Below, piece after piece: positions 10,141 through 20,414 of a DNA stretch of 64,000 nt. Origin of the DNA: Longimicrobiales bacterium (GTDB taxonomy: Bacteria > Gemmatimonadota > Gemmatimonadetes > Longimicrobiales > Gaopeijiaceae); NCBI GenBank assembly GCA_965203485.1, contig OZ241892.1:3200001-3264000 (forward strand). Reading direction: 5' to 3'. Position 1 is the first letter of the stretch, and every line of letters starts with the position of its first letter. Both the position numbers and the translations under genes were made by a program. The notes under the pieces were generated by a model. It had not been told where the DNA came from. It did no database searches and saw nothing but the letters and a program-made list of their open reading frames with translations.

Positions 10141-10336
10141 CAAGTCGGCACAAGCGCCGACGGGTCAGGTCGCGAACCAACCCCCGGGCCGAGTCTTGCG
10201 GCGTCCCTTGACTGGCACGGCCTCGATCAAGCCGACCTTGCCCTACCAGGCGACATCACCGAAAGGGAAGGCCGCGAGCCCCCCTGGGAGCGGCAAGCCG
10301 CATCGGCCCGCATATCGGGGACCCCTTGGTGCTGGA

Positions 10337-10352
10337 TGTTTCACGTGAAACA
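10337..10352. promoter_or_regulatory. parS centromere site
   Basis: Second perfect TGTTTCACGTGAAACA. Confidence 0.95.
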
Positions 10353-10521
10353 CGCCTCTGCACACCTTCCCGCAAGAAAGAAGGGAACTCGGCCCAGGCG
10401 GTCGGCCTCGCGGACCACGATCCCCTTCGCCGCGCCGCAGATCGCTGCGGCCACCACGGCGCGCCACGCAGCCCGTTGCACGCCGCGAGGGCGCCGGGCC
10501 GGGCAAACCGCCGGGCGCCAG

Positions 10522-10866
10522 TTAACGGGCGGGCGAGGCATGCAGGAGACTCGTGGGCGATGCGGTCGTGCTGGAGCGCAAGACGGCCAGGCCACCGGCG
10601 AATGACGGGTCAAGCTCTTCAGAAATGACATCGGCCTTGAGCCAACGGCCTTCATCTGCGGTTCCTCCGCCACGTTCCCTTGCCCCAGTTGGGCGGCGGG
10701 GATGAGTAGCGAAGGCGACGAGGGCTAGAACCAGGGCCACCACGAACACGGCCTTCATCCCGCCTCCCACGCTCCAAATGGCCAGCAGGGTCATCCCCAA
10801 GAGGCCAGCCTTCACAACGGGCTTGTGCTCGTACAGCCACGCGCGCCAACGTCTAGTGGCCCCCAT
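10522..10866 (-). CDS. Small hypothetical membrane protein (2 TM)
   Basis: MGATRRWRAWLYEHKPVV followed by two hydrophobic segments. Confidence 0.45.
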   Translation of the reverse strand: MGATRRWRAWLYEHKPVVKAGLLGMTLLAIWSVGGGMKAVFVVALVLALVAFATHPRRPTGARERGGGTADEGRWLKADVISEELDPSFAGGLAVLRSSTTASPTSLLHASPAR

Positions 10867-11090
10867 CAGCTGGCCTCCAAGCGGCTGATGGCCGTCCTGC
10901 ACGTGGGGAGTAGATCGGCAACGTCCATGCGGTTCATGGCCAACGTCACGTTGGAGCCCAGTACCGAGTCCCCTGCGTCCTTGGCGGCCAGAGTAGCGTT
11001 ATGGCGCGAACTTGGCGGCCTTGCGGTAGGACATTCCGGCCCGAAGGTGCTTGGCCAGCACTCCCTTTGGGGCGGTCGGCCCGCGCACCG

Positions 11091-11858
11091 TCATTCACTA
11101 AGCTTCTTGCTTCGTGCCTTCAAGGAGAACACGAGGTACTCCGGAAACCGATCAAACCAATCGATCCACCAACGCGAATCGCACATCCAATTCGGAGGTG
11201 GAGTCCTTTCCATGTGCGCCCAGGCGCACACGGGCCCGCGCTTGGCAACGATGATGCTGTAGCCCGTCTGTTCGACGATCTCCTCAGGCGCGCTTCCCGC
11301 AATGACCCCGATCCGCTCAAGCAACTCGGGCGTCCGCAACGCTCCGGCGAGGGCGATCGCCGGCAACAACGCGTCCGGGAACCCGACCGACCGGTGCTCG
11401 CCGGCCGACATGTAGCCTTCCGGCGGCCCGTCGATATGAAGCGAGGCCGCTTCCCCAGGTCCTTCGCGTAAGACGTCGAGCCGTGCGTCGAAACGATGCT
11501 GGCCAGCACCGACAGTGCATCGCCGGCCTCGGTCCCGGTCGCCCGCGGCGACATGGCAACATCGAGCAGGGTCGCAACGCTTCGATCATACCCTCGATCA
11601 AGGCCGGCGATCTCTTCTTCAGCTCCACCGACAGGGCCGCCGTGACGCCGACATGCCAGTTGGCGTCGCCGCTCGTCGTCAGCAACCCTATAACCCTTCG
11701 CTCAGCTTCCGCATCCCCAGCCCTGAGCTTCTCAATTGTTCCCTGCTCCGCCTTCCACAGGTCGTGGATTCCTTGGCTGACGCCTCCCGCTCTTGCGACG
11801 ACGCCGACCCGGCAACCGTCAAGAAGACGGCGGCCCAAGTCCACAATAGGGCCTTCAT
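11091..11858 (-). pseudogene. Decayed copy of the 319-aa secreted helical protein at 12288-13247
   Basis: Starts MKALLWTWAAVF versus MKASLWTWAAVS; homologous pieces lie in different frames with an internal deletion of about 190 bp; ends DWFDRFPEYLVFSLKARSKK. Confidence 0.85.
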
Positions 11859-12011
11859 GCCCTTCTCCTTTCGCCTCCGTTACCGGGCGAAGTGAAAATG
11901 GCGATCGTCCTTGTACTTGTCCCACGGTTGCAGATCAAACCTGCCACCCAGCAACGCTAGTTCGAAGTATACGTCTTTGAGTTCCGCCTGCTGAGCCGGG
12001 GTCATCCGAGC

Positions 12012-12287
12012 TTAAGGTATCCCAGCCGCGCCGATAATCGCTCTGGTCGAAATGTCCACCGCCCTGCCCTCCATGTGATAGGAGCTTCGCGACGCGCCAG
12101 CGATCGACGCGTTTCCGTGCGGGCACCGGTATCCGCTGGTCAACACGAGGCCCGCGGAGCAGCCCTTCGCAATCGGCAACGCGGACCGGCCCCACTTCGC
12201 CCGCAGGTCCTCGATGCCGCTCTTCAGCCTCTGCTGGACCGCGGTCGACATCCACAATGAGGTCTTCGCGAAGGCGAGGCTTGCCAC
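12012..12287 (-). pseudogene. Orphan C-terminal M15 peptidase catalytic fragment
   Basis: LTSGYRCPHGN...SYHMEGRAVDI is intact, but there is no N-terminus and a premature TAA replaces the TAC of the other copy. Confidence 0.75.
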
Positions 12288-13247
12288 TTACTCGCCGGGC
12301 CTCTTGCTTCGCGCCTTCAAGGAGTACTCGCGCCAGTCCGGGAAGCGATCGAACCAGTCGGTCCACGTACGCGAATCGCACATCCAGCTCGGGGGCGAAG
12401 TTCCTTCCAGGTGCGCACGGGCGCACGGGGGCCCGTACTCGGTGATGATTACGCTGTAGCCGGTTCGTTCCACGATCTGCTCGGGCGTGCTCGCCGCAAT
12501 GGCCTCGATTCGCTCCACCAGCTCGGGCGTCCGCAGCGCTCCGGCGAGCGCAATCGCCGTCACCAGCGCATCCGGAAATCCTCCCGACCGGTGCTCGCCG
12601 GCCGACATGTAGCCCTCCGGTGGCCCGTCGAGGTGAAGCACGGCGGCTTCGCGCAAGTCCTGCGCGTAAGACCCAGGGCCGTGCGTCGAAACGATGCTGG
12701 CCAACACCGACAGCGCATTGCGGGCCTCGAAGCCGGTCGCTTCCGGCGACAGGGCGACATCGAGCAGGTGCGGCACGGCCTGCAACCCGAACTCGTAGAG
12801 CACCGCCGCCGACAAGCCTGCGGCGCGCCACGCCAGCGGAGGCAGGATCGCCGGGTCGCCCGTCAGCAAGAGTTGGTGGGCAAGATAGCTCTGCGTCTCT
12901 CCGCGGCTCGCGGTTCCCAAGTCGGCCGCGTATCGGCGGGTGCTCCACTCCACGCCTCGCCGCAATGCCTCGATCATGCCCGCGATCAAGGCCGGCGATC
13001 TCTGCTCCGGCGCCACCGCTAGGGCCGCCGCCACGCCGACGTGCCAACTCGCGTCACCGCCCGTCGTCAGCAGGTCGACGATCCTTTGCTCCGCGTCGGC
13101 GTCGCCGGCCTTCAGCTTCTCGACCGTCGTTCGCTCCGCTCGCCACAGGGCCTCGATTTCCTTGGCCGACGCCTCTCGTTCCTGCGACGCTGTCGGCGTT
13201 ACAACCGTCAATGAGACGGCGGCCCAAGTCCACAATGAAGCCTTCAT
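12288..13247 (-). CDS. Secreted alpha-helical (HEAT-like?) hypothetical protein; candidate peptidase partner or immunity protein
   Basis: Intact 319-aa ORF with GGAGG upstream, signal-peptide-like N-terminus and amphipathic helices. Confidence 0.7.
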   Translation of the reverse strand: MKASLWTWAAVSLTVVTPTASQEREASAKEIEALWRAERTTVEKLKAGDADAEQRIVDLLTTGGDASWHVGVAAALAVAPEQRSPALIAGMIEALRRGVEWSTRRYAADLGTASRGETQSYLAHQLLLTGDPAILPPLAWRAAGLSAAVLYEFGLQAVPHLLDVALSPEATGFEARNALSVLASIVSTHGPGSYAQDLREAAVLHLDGPPEGYMSAGEHRSGGFPDALVTAIALAGALRTPELVERIEAIAASTPEQIVERTGYSVIITEYGPPCARAHLEGTSPPSWMCDSRTWTDWFDRFPDWREYSLKARSKRPGE

Positions 13248-13345
13248 GTCGTCGTGCCTCCGCTACTTGGCGAAATGAAAATGGCGGTCGTTCTTGTATC
13301 GTTTCCACGGTTGCTCATCGATATTGCCACCGAGGCTCAACAGTT

Positions 13346-14176
13346 CTAAATACACGATTTCAAGTTCGACCTGCTGATCCGGGTCATCCGAGCGTAAGGT
13401 ATCCCAGCCGCGCCGATAATCGCCCTGGTCGAAATGTCCACCGCCCTGCCCTCCATGTGATAGGAGCTCGCGACGCGCCAGCGATCGGCGCGTTTCCGTG
13501 CGGGCACCGGTATCCGCTGGTCAACGCGAGGCCCGCGGAGTAGCCCTTGGCAATTCGCAGCGCGGACCGGCCCCACTTCGCCCGCAGGGCCTCGATGCCG
13601 CTCTTCAGCCCCTGCTGGACCCAGCCGTAGCCGGTGTGGGGATTGCCCTGCTGGAACCAGCCGTTGAGCTCCGCCCAGCTGAAATGCGCCGTGCCGGAGC
13701 CGTTCCGCTCGATGTCGTCGCACGCCGGAGCCGCCCGGCCGGTCACCCAACCGCTGTTCCGGTACTCGTTCGCAATCCTGCGCTGCTCGTCGTCGCACCG
13801 TGTGCCGCCCATGGGAAAGCAACCCAGGAACTCCTCCGACACGATCTGGCCCGTCGCCGTGACGAACGTGATCAAGTACCAGCAGATCACGTTGCCGTCG
13901 TCGGACGGCAAGGCGCGCGGCCCGTTCATATTTCCGGCGGACAGGGGCGCTAGTCGCGATCGTTGCCGTCAGCGACCCAGCCGATCCTCTCCGAACCAGC
14001 GACCACCCAGTCGCCGTCGACTCTCGCCCGACCAGCTTCGCCTTGGGCGGCCACATGGCGACTCGCAACGTCTGCGTGTCCTCCGCGTCGTCCATCGCAA
14101 GCGGGTTCGCGCAACCGGCCATCACGGTCATTCCTGCCGCCCCGAAACTCGCCAGCCATCTGCTCCGAGTCTTCAT
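13346..14176 (-). pseudogene. Frameshifted lipoprotein with C-terminal M15 (D-Ala-D-Ala-type Zn) peptidase domain
   Basis: Lipobox VMAG-C; middle section lies in another frame (13384-13929 ORF, LTSGYRCPHGN); a 1-bp deletion near 13468 separates it from SYHMEGRAVDI. Confidence 0.75.
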
Positions 14177-14673
14177 TGCATTCTCCTAGCATTAGGGCAA
14201 CATGGAGCACGATACGCACTTGGCCGCGCAAGAGGAAGGACGCACGTCCTCTCAAACGATGCCGGACGGTTGGCGCCCTGGCCACGGCTCCCAGGTCGCG
14301 CGCCGAGACGCACCGTTATGGGCCTCCAGTCGTGCGTCGGCGGACCGTTGCCCTTCACCCAGCGCGGGCCGCTGTACGTCCCAGCGTAGCCTTGCTCACG
14401 GAACATTTGTCCTGCGACGGCCGCGGTTGTCGAACATATCCCGAAACATGTCGGGCGCACGAAGCCGCGGGCCGCATACGCGGGCTCAAAGACGTGATCG
14501 CGGTGCGGATGGCCGTCTCGACCGCCGTACACCGGTTTGCACAGCGCGTTCAGGTGCGGACGGATGAAGCCTCAACCGCCGGCGCGCGCTTTTTCTTGCC
14601 GACGAAGGCGGCGCCAACTCGCGTCTCGGGGCGACATACCGACCGGCCGTCCACGACGCGGCTCCCGTGTCAG

Positions 14674-16347
14674 TCAGGAGCGCTTGCGGCGTCCTGCCGC
14701 GGGCTTGTCCCCGCCCGCCTTTCGGCGTTCCCTGGCGACCAGCACGGTCTGCGGAATCGTCGCCAAGTTGAAGGTCGTGTAGTAGAGGTTCAGGCCGGAT
14801 GCGAAGCTGAAGAAGATGAACGTCATCATCGCGGGCAGGACCAGCACCATGAACTTCATCTGGGGGTTCGCGCCGGCCCAGCCGGTCGTGAGCTTGATGG
14901 TGAGGAACTGCAGGAGAAGCATGCTTGCGCCGACCAGGATCGGCATCACCCAATAGGGATCGGGCGACGAGAGGTCCGGCAACCAGAGAAACGACACGCC
15001 GCGCAACTGGATGGTGTTGCGGAACACCAAGAACAACGCAAGCAGCATCGGCCACGGAATGAGCAGCGGAACGCACCCCGCCAGCGGATTGACGCCCTGC
15101 TCCTTGTACAGCTTCATCATCTCGCGCTGCTGCGCCTGCGGGTTGTCCTTGTGCTTCTCGCGCAGCTCCTGGACGAGCGGCTGAAGCGTCTGCATCCTGA
15201 TGCTCGACCGCGTGGCCTTCTGGTTGAGCGGCCACAGCACGATGCGCATGAGCAGGCCGATGGCGATCAGCACGAGGCCGTAGCTGAGCGCCAGTCGTTC
15301 GTGAAGCACCGTGATCGCCCACAGCACTACGTTGACGAACGGCCTCACCACCGGACGAAAGACCTTCCAGCCGTAGGGATTGAGTTCCTCCAGCTGGTCG
15401 GCGGCGGCCATCAGGCGTTCCCTCTCGATGGGCCCGGCGTAGACGCTGTACGCATAGGCGCCGTCGTCGGCCACGGGGGCCGACACGTGCACGGTCGCGC
15501 CTCGGAGGCTGGGACTCGCCCACGCGGACCCCAGCTGGGCGCCCTGCTCCGGCAGCACGGCCTTCACGAAGAACTTGCTCTTGAGCGCGGCCCACTGCAG
15601 CGGTCCCTCTATGACGTCCAGCTCGTCGACGCCGCTCAGCGGCCGGGACGTGACGCCCTGGTCCGCGTCGGCGGCCACCATCGCGGCGGCGCGGCGTTCG
15701 TCCGACTCGTTCGCTTCGTTGTACTCGAGCCGACGTCCCAGGTCGACGCGCAACGCCGTCCTTTCCCACTCGGGCAGGCGGCCCTCCACGTCGAAGACGT
15801 AGGAGTCGGCCGCGAACGTGTAGCTGATCTCGCTGAAGAAGGCGCCGTCGGGATGCCGGTACCGAAAGACGAGCGTCGCCGGGGCGTCGCCGGGACGCAG
15901 ACGCAAGCCGTCCGCCGGCTCCACCTCGTGCGCGAACCGGGTCAGGCCGACGGAGTCTCCTCCGAGCAGCCAGGTGCCGCCCAGGCTGCCCTCGGGTTCG
16001 GGCGGCACGAGTTCGACGAGCCCCTCGCGCGCCAAAGAGGCGTACTGCAGCAGCGTCGCCGACCGCAGCGTGGCTCCCCGGTTCGAGAACACGAGGCGAA
16101 AAAGCGGCGTCTCTACATCGACGAGGATCTCTTCGTCCTCCGGGGGCTCCTCCCTCAAGCCGAGAGCGCCCCCGGCGGGCGCGGACGGCGCGGCGCCCCG
16201 CGCGGCGGGTTCGTCTGGCTCGGCCGGTTCGGCCGACGGCGGCGCCGGTGGCGTCTCGGACGGCGGCACCGGCGGAAACAACAGGTTGGTGAGGACGATG
16301 ACGCCCATCATCAGCGTGATCGCCAACAGCAGGCGCTGGACGTTCAC
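14674..16347 (-). CDS. yidC: Membrane protein insertase YidC
   Basis: [30 protein letters not shown] and ASGLNLY motifs; canonical position. Confidence 0.95.
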   Translation of the reverse strand: MNVQRLLLAITLMMGVIVLTNLLFPPVPPSETPPAPPSAEPAEPDEPAARGAAPSAPAGGALGLREEPPEDEEILVDVETPLFRLVFSNRGATLRSATLLQYASLAREGLVELVPPEPEGSLGGTWLLGGDSVGLTRFAHEVEPADGLRLRPGDAPATLVFRYRHPDGAFFSEISYTFAADSYVFDVEGRLPEWERTALRVDLGRRLEYNEANESDERRAAAMVAADADQGVTSRPLSGVDELDVIEGPLQWAALKSKFFVKAVLPEQGAQLGSAWASPSLRGATVHVSAPVADDGAYAYSVYAGPIERERLMAAADQLEELNPYGWKVFRPVVRPFVNVVLWAITVLHERLALSYGLVLIAIGLLMRIVLWPLNQKATRSSIRMQTLQPLVQELREKHKDNPQAQQREMMKLYKEQGVNPLAGCVPLLIPWPMLLALFLVFRNTIQLRGVSFLWLPDLSSPDPYWVMPILVGASMLLLQFLTIKLTTGWAGANPQMKFMVLVLPAMMTFIFFSFASGLNLYYTTFNLATIPQTVLVARERRKAGGDKPAAGRRKRS

Positions 16348-16574
16348 GCCTTCCTCGAACGTTCCGGGACCGGGTCCGGGCCGCAACCGCCCCACGGATG
16401 GCAACGCGCGAGCCGGCGCAGGCCCAGCCACGCGCCCGCCGCCGCGCCGTGGACCTCGACCGCCCGGCGCGCGTACTCCGAGCAACTGGGCACGTACCGG
16501 CAGGCGGGCGGCGCAATGGGCGAAACGCACGCCTGGTACAACCGGATGACGGCGATCATCGCCTTGGCGAGCAC
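16344..16574 (-). CDS. yidD: Membrane protein insertion efficiency factor YidD
   Basis: [10 protein letters not shown] and RCHPWGG..DPVP motifs. Confidence 0.95.
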   Translation of the reverse strand: MLAKAMIAVIRLYQACVSPIAPPACRYVPSCSEYARRAVEVHGAAAGAWLGLRRLARCHPWGGCGPDPVPERSRKA

Positions 16575-16957
16575 ATCTCCTCCACTGCGTTCACGAAGTC
16601 GGCCTCCAACTGCCGGTACGTCGCCCGGTACGCTTCCCTTCGCACGCGCACGAGGACGTCGGCGGGCGCGCTGGCGGCCTCGATCCGCCCAAGCGCCTTC
16701 GTGCGCGCGATTTCCTTGAGCCGGCGCTTCACGAGGTTCCTGGCGCTGGTGGGGTGGCCCAGCTTCGGCACGATCCAGCCGACGCGGGCGCGCGCCGCCG
16801 CCCCCACCAGGACATAGACGTCCAGCCTAGGGGTTCGTTTGCGCTTGCCTCGCCGGAGGACGGCGCGGATCTCGTGGCCACGCCGAACGCGGACGCTCTT
16901 GGGAAACCGCAAGCGGCGCGCCCCGGAACTCCTCTCCCGGGGGACATCGGCCGTCAG
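16556..16957 (-). CDS. rnpA: Ribonuclease P protein component (start uncertain: CTG 16957 or TTG 16912)
   Basis: [17 protein letters not shown] and [11 protein letters not shown] (RNR-like motif); lies between rpmH and yidD. Confidence 0.9.
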   Translation of the reverse strand: MTADVPRERSSGARRLRFPKSVRVRRGHEIRAVLRRGKRKRTPRLDVYVLVGAAARARVGWIVPKLGHPTSARNLVKRRLKEIARTKALGRIEAASAPADVLVRVRREAYRATYRQLEADFVNAVEEMCSPRR

Positions 16958-17112
16958 CGCGCGTACTTGGAGCCGGTGGCAACGACAAGGGCACGCCGAC
17001 CCTTGCGCCGCCTGCGGTTCAAGACCTTGCGGCCCGCCTTTGTGCTCATCCGGGCCCGGAAGCCGTGCTTGTTGAGCCGCTTCCGGTTTCGGGGCCGGTA
17101 CGTCGGTTTCAT
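16954..17112 (-). CDS. rpmH: 50S ribosomal protein L34
   Basis: [39 protein letters not shown]. Confidence 0.97.
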   Translation of the reverse strand: MKPTYRPRNRKRLNKHGFRARMSTKAGRKVLNRRRRKGRRALVVATGSKYAR

Positions 17113-17174
17113 GGCGCGTGCGTGTTCCGCGATGACGCGGGATCGGTGGGATAACGTCGGGGCACAGCCTGGGC

Positions 17175-17204
17175 AAGGTAGCAAGGCTCGGGTCGCCGAG
17201 TCAA
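17175..17204 (-). promoter_or_regulatory. Candidate sigma70 promoter of the rpmH operon
   Basis: Minus strand TTGACT-N18-TACCTT. Confidence 0.55.
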
Positions 17205-17407
17205 CCCTTGGCGAGACGGGCGGCGCACGCGGGGTCGGAGGCGCGGCGCGAGCTGCCGAGCGGCGTTGCCGTGCGCGGGGACCAGGAAGCGCGGTTCCGC
17301 GGGGCGGCGCGGCTCCCGTCCGAGAAGGGCCGGGCGGACCGTGGCGGGCCGACGTTGGCGAGCGGCCCCGCATGGCGGCGCGCCCCGAACGGCTCGAGCG
17401 CGCCCGA

Positions 17408-17437
17408 TTGACTTCCTGGCCCCTCCTCACGTAGCTT
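17408..17437 (+). promoter_or_regulatory. Candidate sigma70 promoter of dnaA
   Basis: TTGACT-N18-TAGCTT, same architecture as the divergent rpmH promoter. Confidence 0.55.
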
Positions 17438-17542
17438 GCCCGCCCGTTTTTCCGTCCCCGGCGCCCGGCAAAGACCGCGACGGGCGGATTCCGACCTCGG
17501 ACGCGGCGCCCCCGAGCAACGGGGGGACGCGCGCAACGGAGC

Positions 17543-18979
17543 ATTCAACTGGGCGCAACCGAACTCTGGGGCCGGATCCTCGAACGAGCCCGGGCTGACG
17601 TCTCCGACCAGAGCTATCGGACGTGGCTCCGCAGCGCCGAAGCGGTGTCGCTCGCCGACGGCGTGCTGTTGGTCCGCGCCGCAAGCCAATTCCATGCCGA
17701 GTGGCTGGAGGACAAGTTCGGCCCGGTCCTCCGCGAGGCGGCGGCGGCGGTTGCCGAGAGCCCGCCATCCATCCGCTTTTCGCACCCGAAGCGCGCCGCG
17801 GGCGACGAGGCGCCCCCGGAGATCGTGGCCGACGACGTCGAGGATCCGGCGTCCTTCTCTTCGCCGGTGCCCGCTCGGCCGGACCGAGCAGGGGCGATGG
17901 ACCGCGGCGCGGCGGATGCGACGGCGACGGCGGGCGACGGCATCAGCGACCGCTACACCTTCGACCGCTTCATCGTGGGCGAGAACAACCGCTTGGCGCA
18001 GGCGGCCAGCCTGGCGGTGGCCGAGCGGCCCGCTCATGCGTACAATCCCCTCTTCCTTTACGGCGACACCGGGCTCGGCAAGACCCACCTCATGCAGGCG
18101 ATCGCCAACCATCTGCGGGCCGCTTCGCCGGGGGCGCGCATCTGCTACATTCCCGCCGAGCAGTTCATGAACGAGATGATCACGGCGATTTCCGAGCGGA
18201 CGAACGAAGCGTTTCGCGCGCGCTATCGCTCGTTCGACCTGCTGCTGGTGGACGACGTCCAGTTCCTGCGCCAGAAGGAGCGCACGCAGGAAGAGTTCTT
18301 CCACACCTTCAACTCGCTCTACGGCGGCGGGCGCCAGATCGTGCTCACCAGCGACCGGCACCCCAAGGAGCTCGTCGGCCTGGAGCCCCGCTTGGTGTCG
18401 CGCTTCGAGTGGGGCCTGGTGGCCGACGTGAGCCCGCCGGACTACGAGACCCGCTTGGCGATCCTGCGAAAGAAGGCGCAGGAGGACGATGTCGCGCTGG
18501 ACCCGGAGGTGCTCGACTTGGTCGCCGACACCTGCCGCTCTTCGGTGCGCGAGCTGGAGGGCGCCATCATCAAGTTGCTCGCGTTCTCGTCGCTCACGCA
18601 GCGCAGGCTCACCCTCGACCTGGCCCGCGCCGCCCTGGCGGGCTTGGGCGAAGCGGAGGCCGCGGAAGCCGCAACGCCCGAAGCGATACGGGATTTGGTC
18701 GCGGAGGCTTGGGGCGTCACCGGCAAGGCGCTGGCATCGAGACGGCGGACCCGCGATCTGGCGGTCCCCCGCCAAGTGGCGATGTTCCTGATCCGCGAGG
18801 TACTCGACGTGCCGTTGCAACGAATCGGCGCCTCCTTCGGCAACCGCGATCACTCGACCGTCATCCACTCCATCCGCAAGGTGCGCCGCCAAATAGAGTC
18901 GGATCCAGCCTTCCGGGCCCAGATCGCCGACGTGCAGGCGCATGTGGAGAGGTCCTCCGCCATGCGGCGAGCCAGTTGA
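17543..18979 (+). CDS. dnaA: Chromosomal replication initiator DnaA (probable non-canonical start)
   Basis: [31 protein letters not shown] and RDHSTVIHS; domain I-like ELWGRIL...YRTWL lies upstream of the first GTG (17645). Confidence 0.97.
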   Translation: MQLGATELWGRILERARADVSDQSYRTWLRSAEAVSLADGVLLVRAASQFHAEWLEDKFGPVLREAAAAVAESPPSIRFSHPKRAAGDEAPPEIVADDVEDPASFSSPVPARPDRAGAMDRGAADATATAGDGISDRYTFDRFIVGENNRLAQAASLAVAERPAHAYNPLFLYGDTGLGKTHLMQAIANHLRAASPGARICYIPAEQFMNEMITAISERTNEAFRARYRSFDLLLVDDVQFLRQKERTQEEFFHTFNSLYGGGRQIVLTSDRHPKELVGLEPRLVSRFEWGLVADVSPPDYETRLAILRKKAQEDDVALDPEVLDLVADTCRSSVRELEGAIIKLLAFSSLTQRRLTLDLARAALAGLGEAEAAEAATPEAIRDLVAEAWGVTGKALASRRRTRDLAVPRQVAMFLIREVLDVPLQRIGASFGNRDHSTVIHSIRKVRRQIESDPAFRAQIADVQAHVERSSAMRRAS

Positions 18980-19016
18980 AGCCCTCCTGTTCTCCGTTTG
19001 GAGCGGTAGCCGCCGC

Positions 19017-19250
19017 TTTTTCCACGACCCCTTGTGGAAAAGGTTGTGGAGAACGTGGAAAACAGGCCCGTTTTCCACGCCCCCGCTCGCCAAATTCCTC
19101 GTTATCCACAATTCTTCCCCACGTTTCCCACAACGGGTCGCCTTCCGAGAATTGTCGGCTCGGTCTGCGAAGTTGCACCTTCCAGCAGAAGTTTTCCATG
19201 TTTTCCACAGCCCCTACGACGACGAACCTTCTTGTCCTATTACTTATTGT
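19017..19250. promoter_or_regulatory. oriC: DnaA-box cluster, DnaA-trios and AT-rich unwinding element
   Basis: TTATCCACA at 19102; TTTTCCACA at 19033(rc) and 19201; TTCTCCACA at 19045(rc); TTTTCCACG at 19018, 19054(rc) and 19071; then GCCCC-TACGACGACGAAC and a T-rich run. Confidence 0.92.
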
Positions 19251-19304
19251 GCACCGCCTCCGCGAAATCGCCGACCTGTCCACTCCGTTCCCCGGCAACG
19301 CCCC

Positions 19305-20414
19305 ATGAACCTGACCATCACTCGCCCGAACCTGCAACAGGCCGTCTCCGCCGTCGCGAGCTGCTTGCCCTCCAAGTCCTCGCTCCCCGTCCTCTCCAAC
19401 CTGCTGATCGAGACCGTGGACGGAGGCCTGCGGGCCAGCGGCACCGACCTGGACAACTGGGTGCGGACATCGGCTCCTGCCGACGTGAAGACGCCCGGCT
19501 CCATTACCGTTCCGGGCAAGACGCTGCAAGACCTCGTCGCCGTTCTCGCCGACGCGCCCGTGAGCATCCAGGTGCAGGGCGAGCAGTTCGAGGTGAACTG
19601 CGGCCGGAGCCGGGTCAAGATCAACGGATTGCCGACCGAGGAGTTCCCCAGCCTGCCGGAGGTGGACTTCGAGCAGGGCTGGAGCGTGGCGCCGAAGGCC
19701 GTGCAGGAACTCATCGAGAGGACGTCGTTCGCGGTGGCGACCGAAGAGAGCCGTCCGTTGCTGAACGGAGTGCTTTGGGAGTTGCGCGAAGACGAGATGA
19801 GAATGGTGGCGACGAACGGGCACCGGTTGGCTCGGACGGCCGTGAAGGTGGACTTCAGCGGCACCGAGGCGAAGAACTTCATCGTGCCTCCGGCCGGGCT
19901 TCATCACGCGCAACGCCTCTTCAAGGAAGCGGACGAGGAAATCAAGGTTGCCGTGGGCGGCAACTACCTGGGCTTCCGGCACGGCGGCACCGAGGTCTAC
20001 TCGCGCTTGTTCGAGGGAACCTATCCCAACTACGAGCAGGTCATACCCAAGGACAACGATCGGGTGGCGCTGGCTGGACGGGAGGAACTCGAGCGCACCG
20101 TGAAGCGGATGGCCGTAATGACCAGCAGCGCGACGAACAAGGTCAAGCTTTCGTTCGCGCCCGAGCGCCTGCATCTCAACGTGACGACCCCGGACTTGGG
20201 CGAGGCCCACGACGAACTTGACATCGAGTACAGCGGCGAGCCGCTCGAGATCGCGTTCAACGCCTCGTACCTGCTGGACCTCCTCAAGGCGGTCCCGGGC
20301 GACGAAGTGAAGATGGCGTTCAAGACGGCGGAGCGCGCGGCGGTCATCGAGCCCGCCGCGGATGCCGACTTCGACTACCTGTGCCTGGTCATGCCTTTGC
20401 ACCAGGGGGATTGA
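19305..20414 (+). CDS. dnaN: DNA polymerase III beta clamp
   Basis: LPVLSNLL, GTDLD, VATNGHRL, GTYPNYEQVIP and CLVMPL motifs. Confidence 0.97.
   Translation: MNLTITRPNLQQAVSAVASCLPSKSSLPVLSNLLIETVDGGLRASGTDLDNWVRTSAPADVKTPGSITVPGKTLQDLVAVLADAPVSIQVQGEQFEVNCGRSRVKINGLPTEEFPSLPEVDFEQGWSVAPKAVQELIERTSFAVATEESRPLLNGVLWELREDEMRMVATNGHRLARTAVKVDFSGTEAKNFIVPPAGLHHAQRLFKEADEEIKVAVGGNYLGFRHGGTEVYSRLFEGTYPNYEQVIPKDNDRVALAGREELERTVKRMAVMTSSATNKVKLSFAPERLHLNVTTPDLGEAHDELDIEYSGEPLEIAFNASYLLDLLKAVPGDEVKMAFKTAERAAVIEPAADADFDYLCLVMPLHQGD

Larger units (their letters stand above)
11091..13621. repeat. Diverged tandem duplication (unit B ~11091-12241, unit A ~12288-13621)
   Basis: Long near-identical DNA blocks, e.g. 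ggtatcccagccgcgccgataatcgc and gcggaccggccccacttcgcccgcagg, occur in both units. Confidence 0.9.

Noticed and set aside
10866..11093. Short frames LRAGMSYRKAAKF (HTH-like) and ...TAISRLEAS
   Set aside because: Too short and broken to assign; a resolvase remnant is possible but unsupported.
14180..14670. 119-aa minus-strand ORF between yidC and the M15 pseudogene
   Set aside because: No convincing motif, SD or codon pattern.
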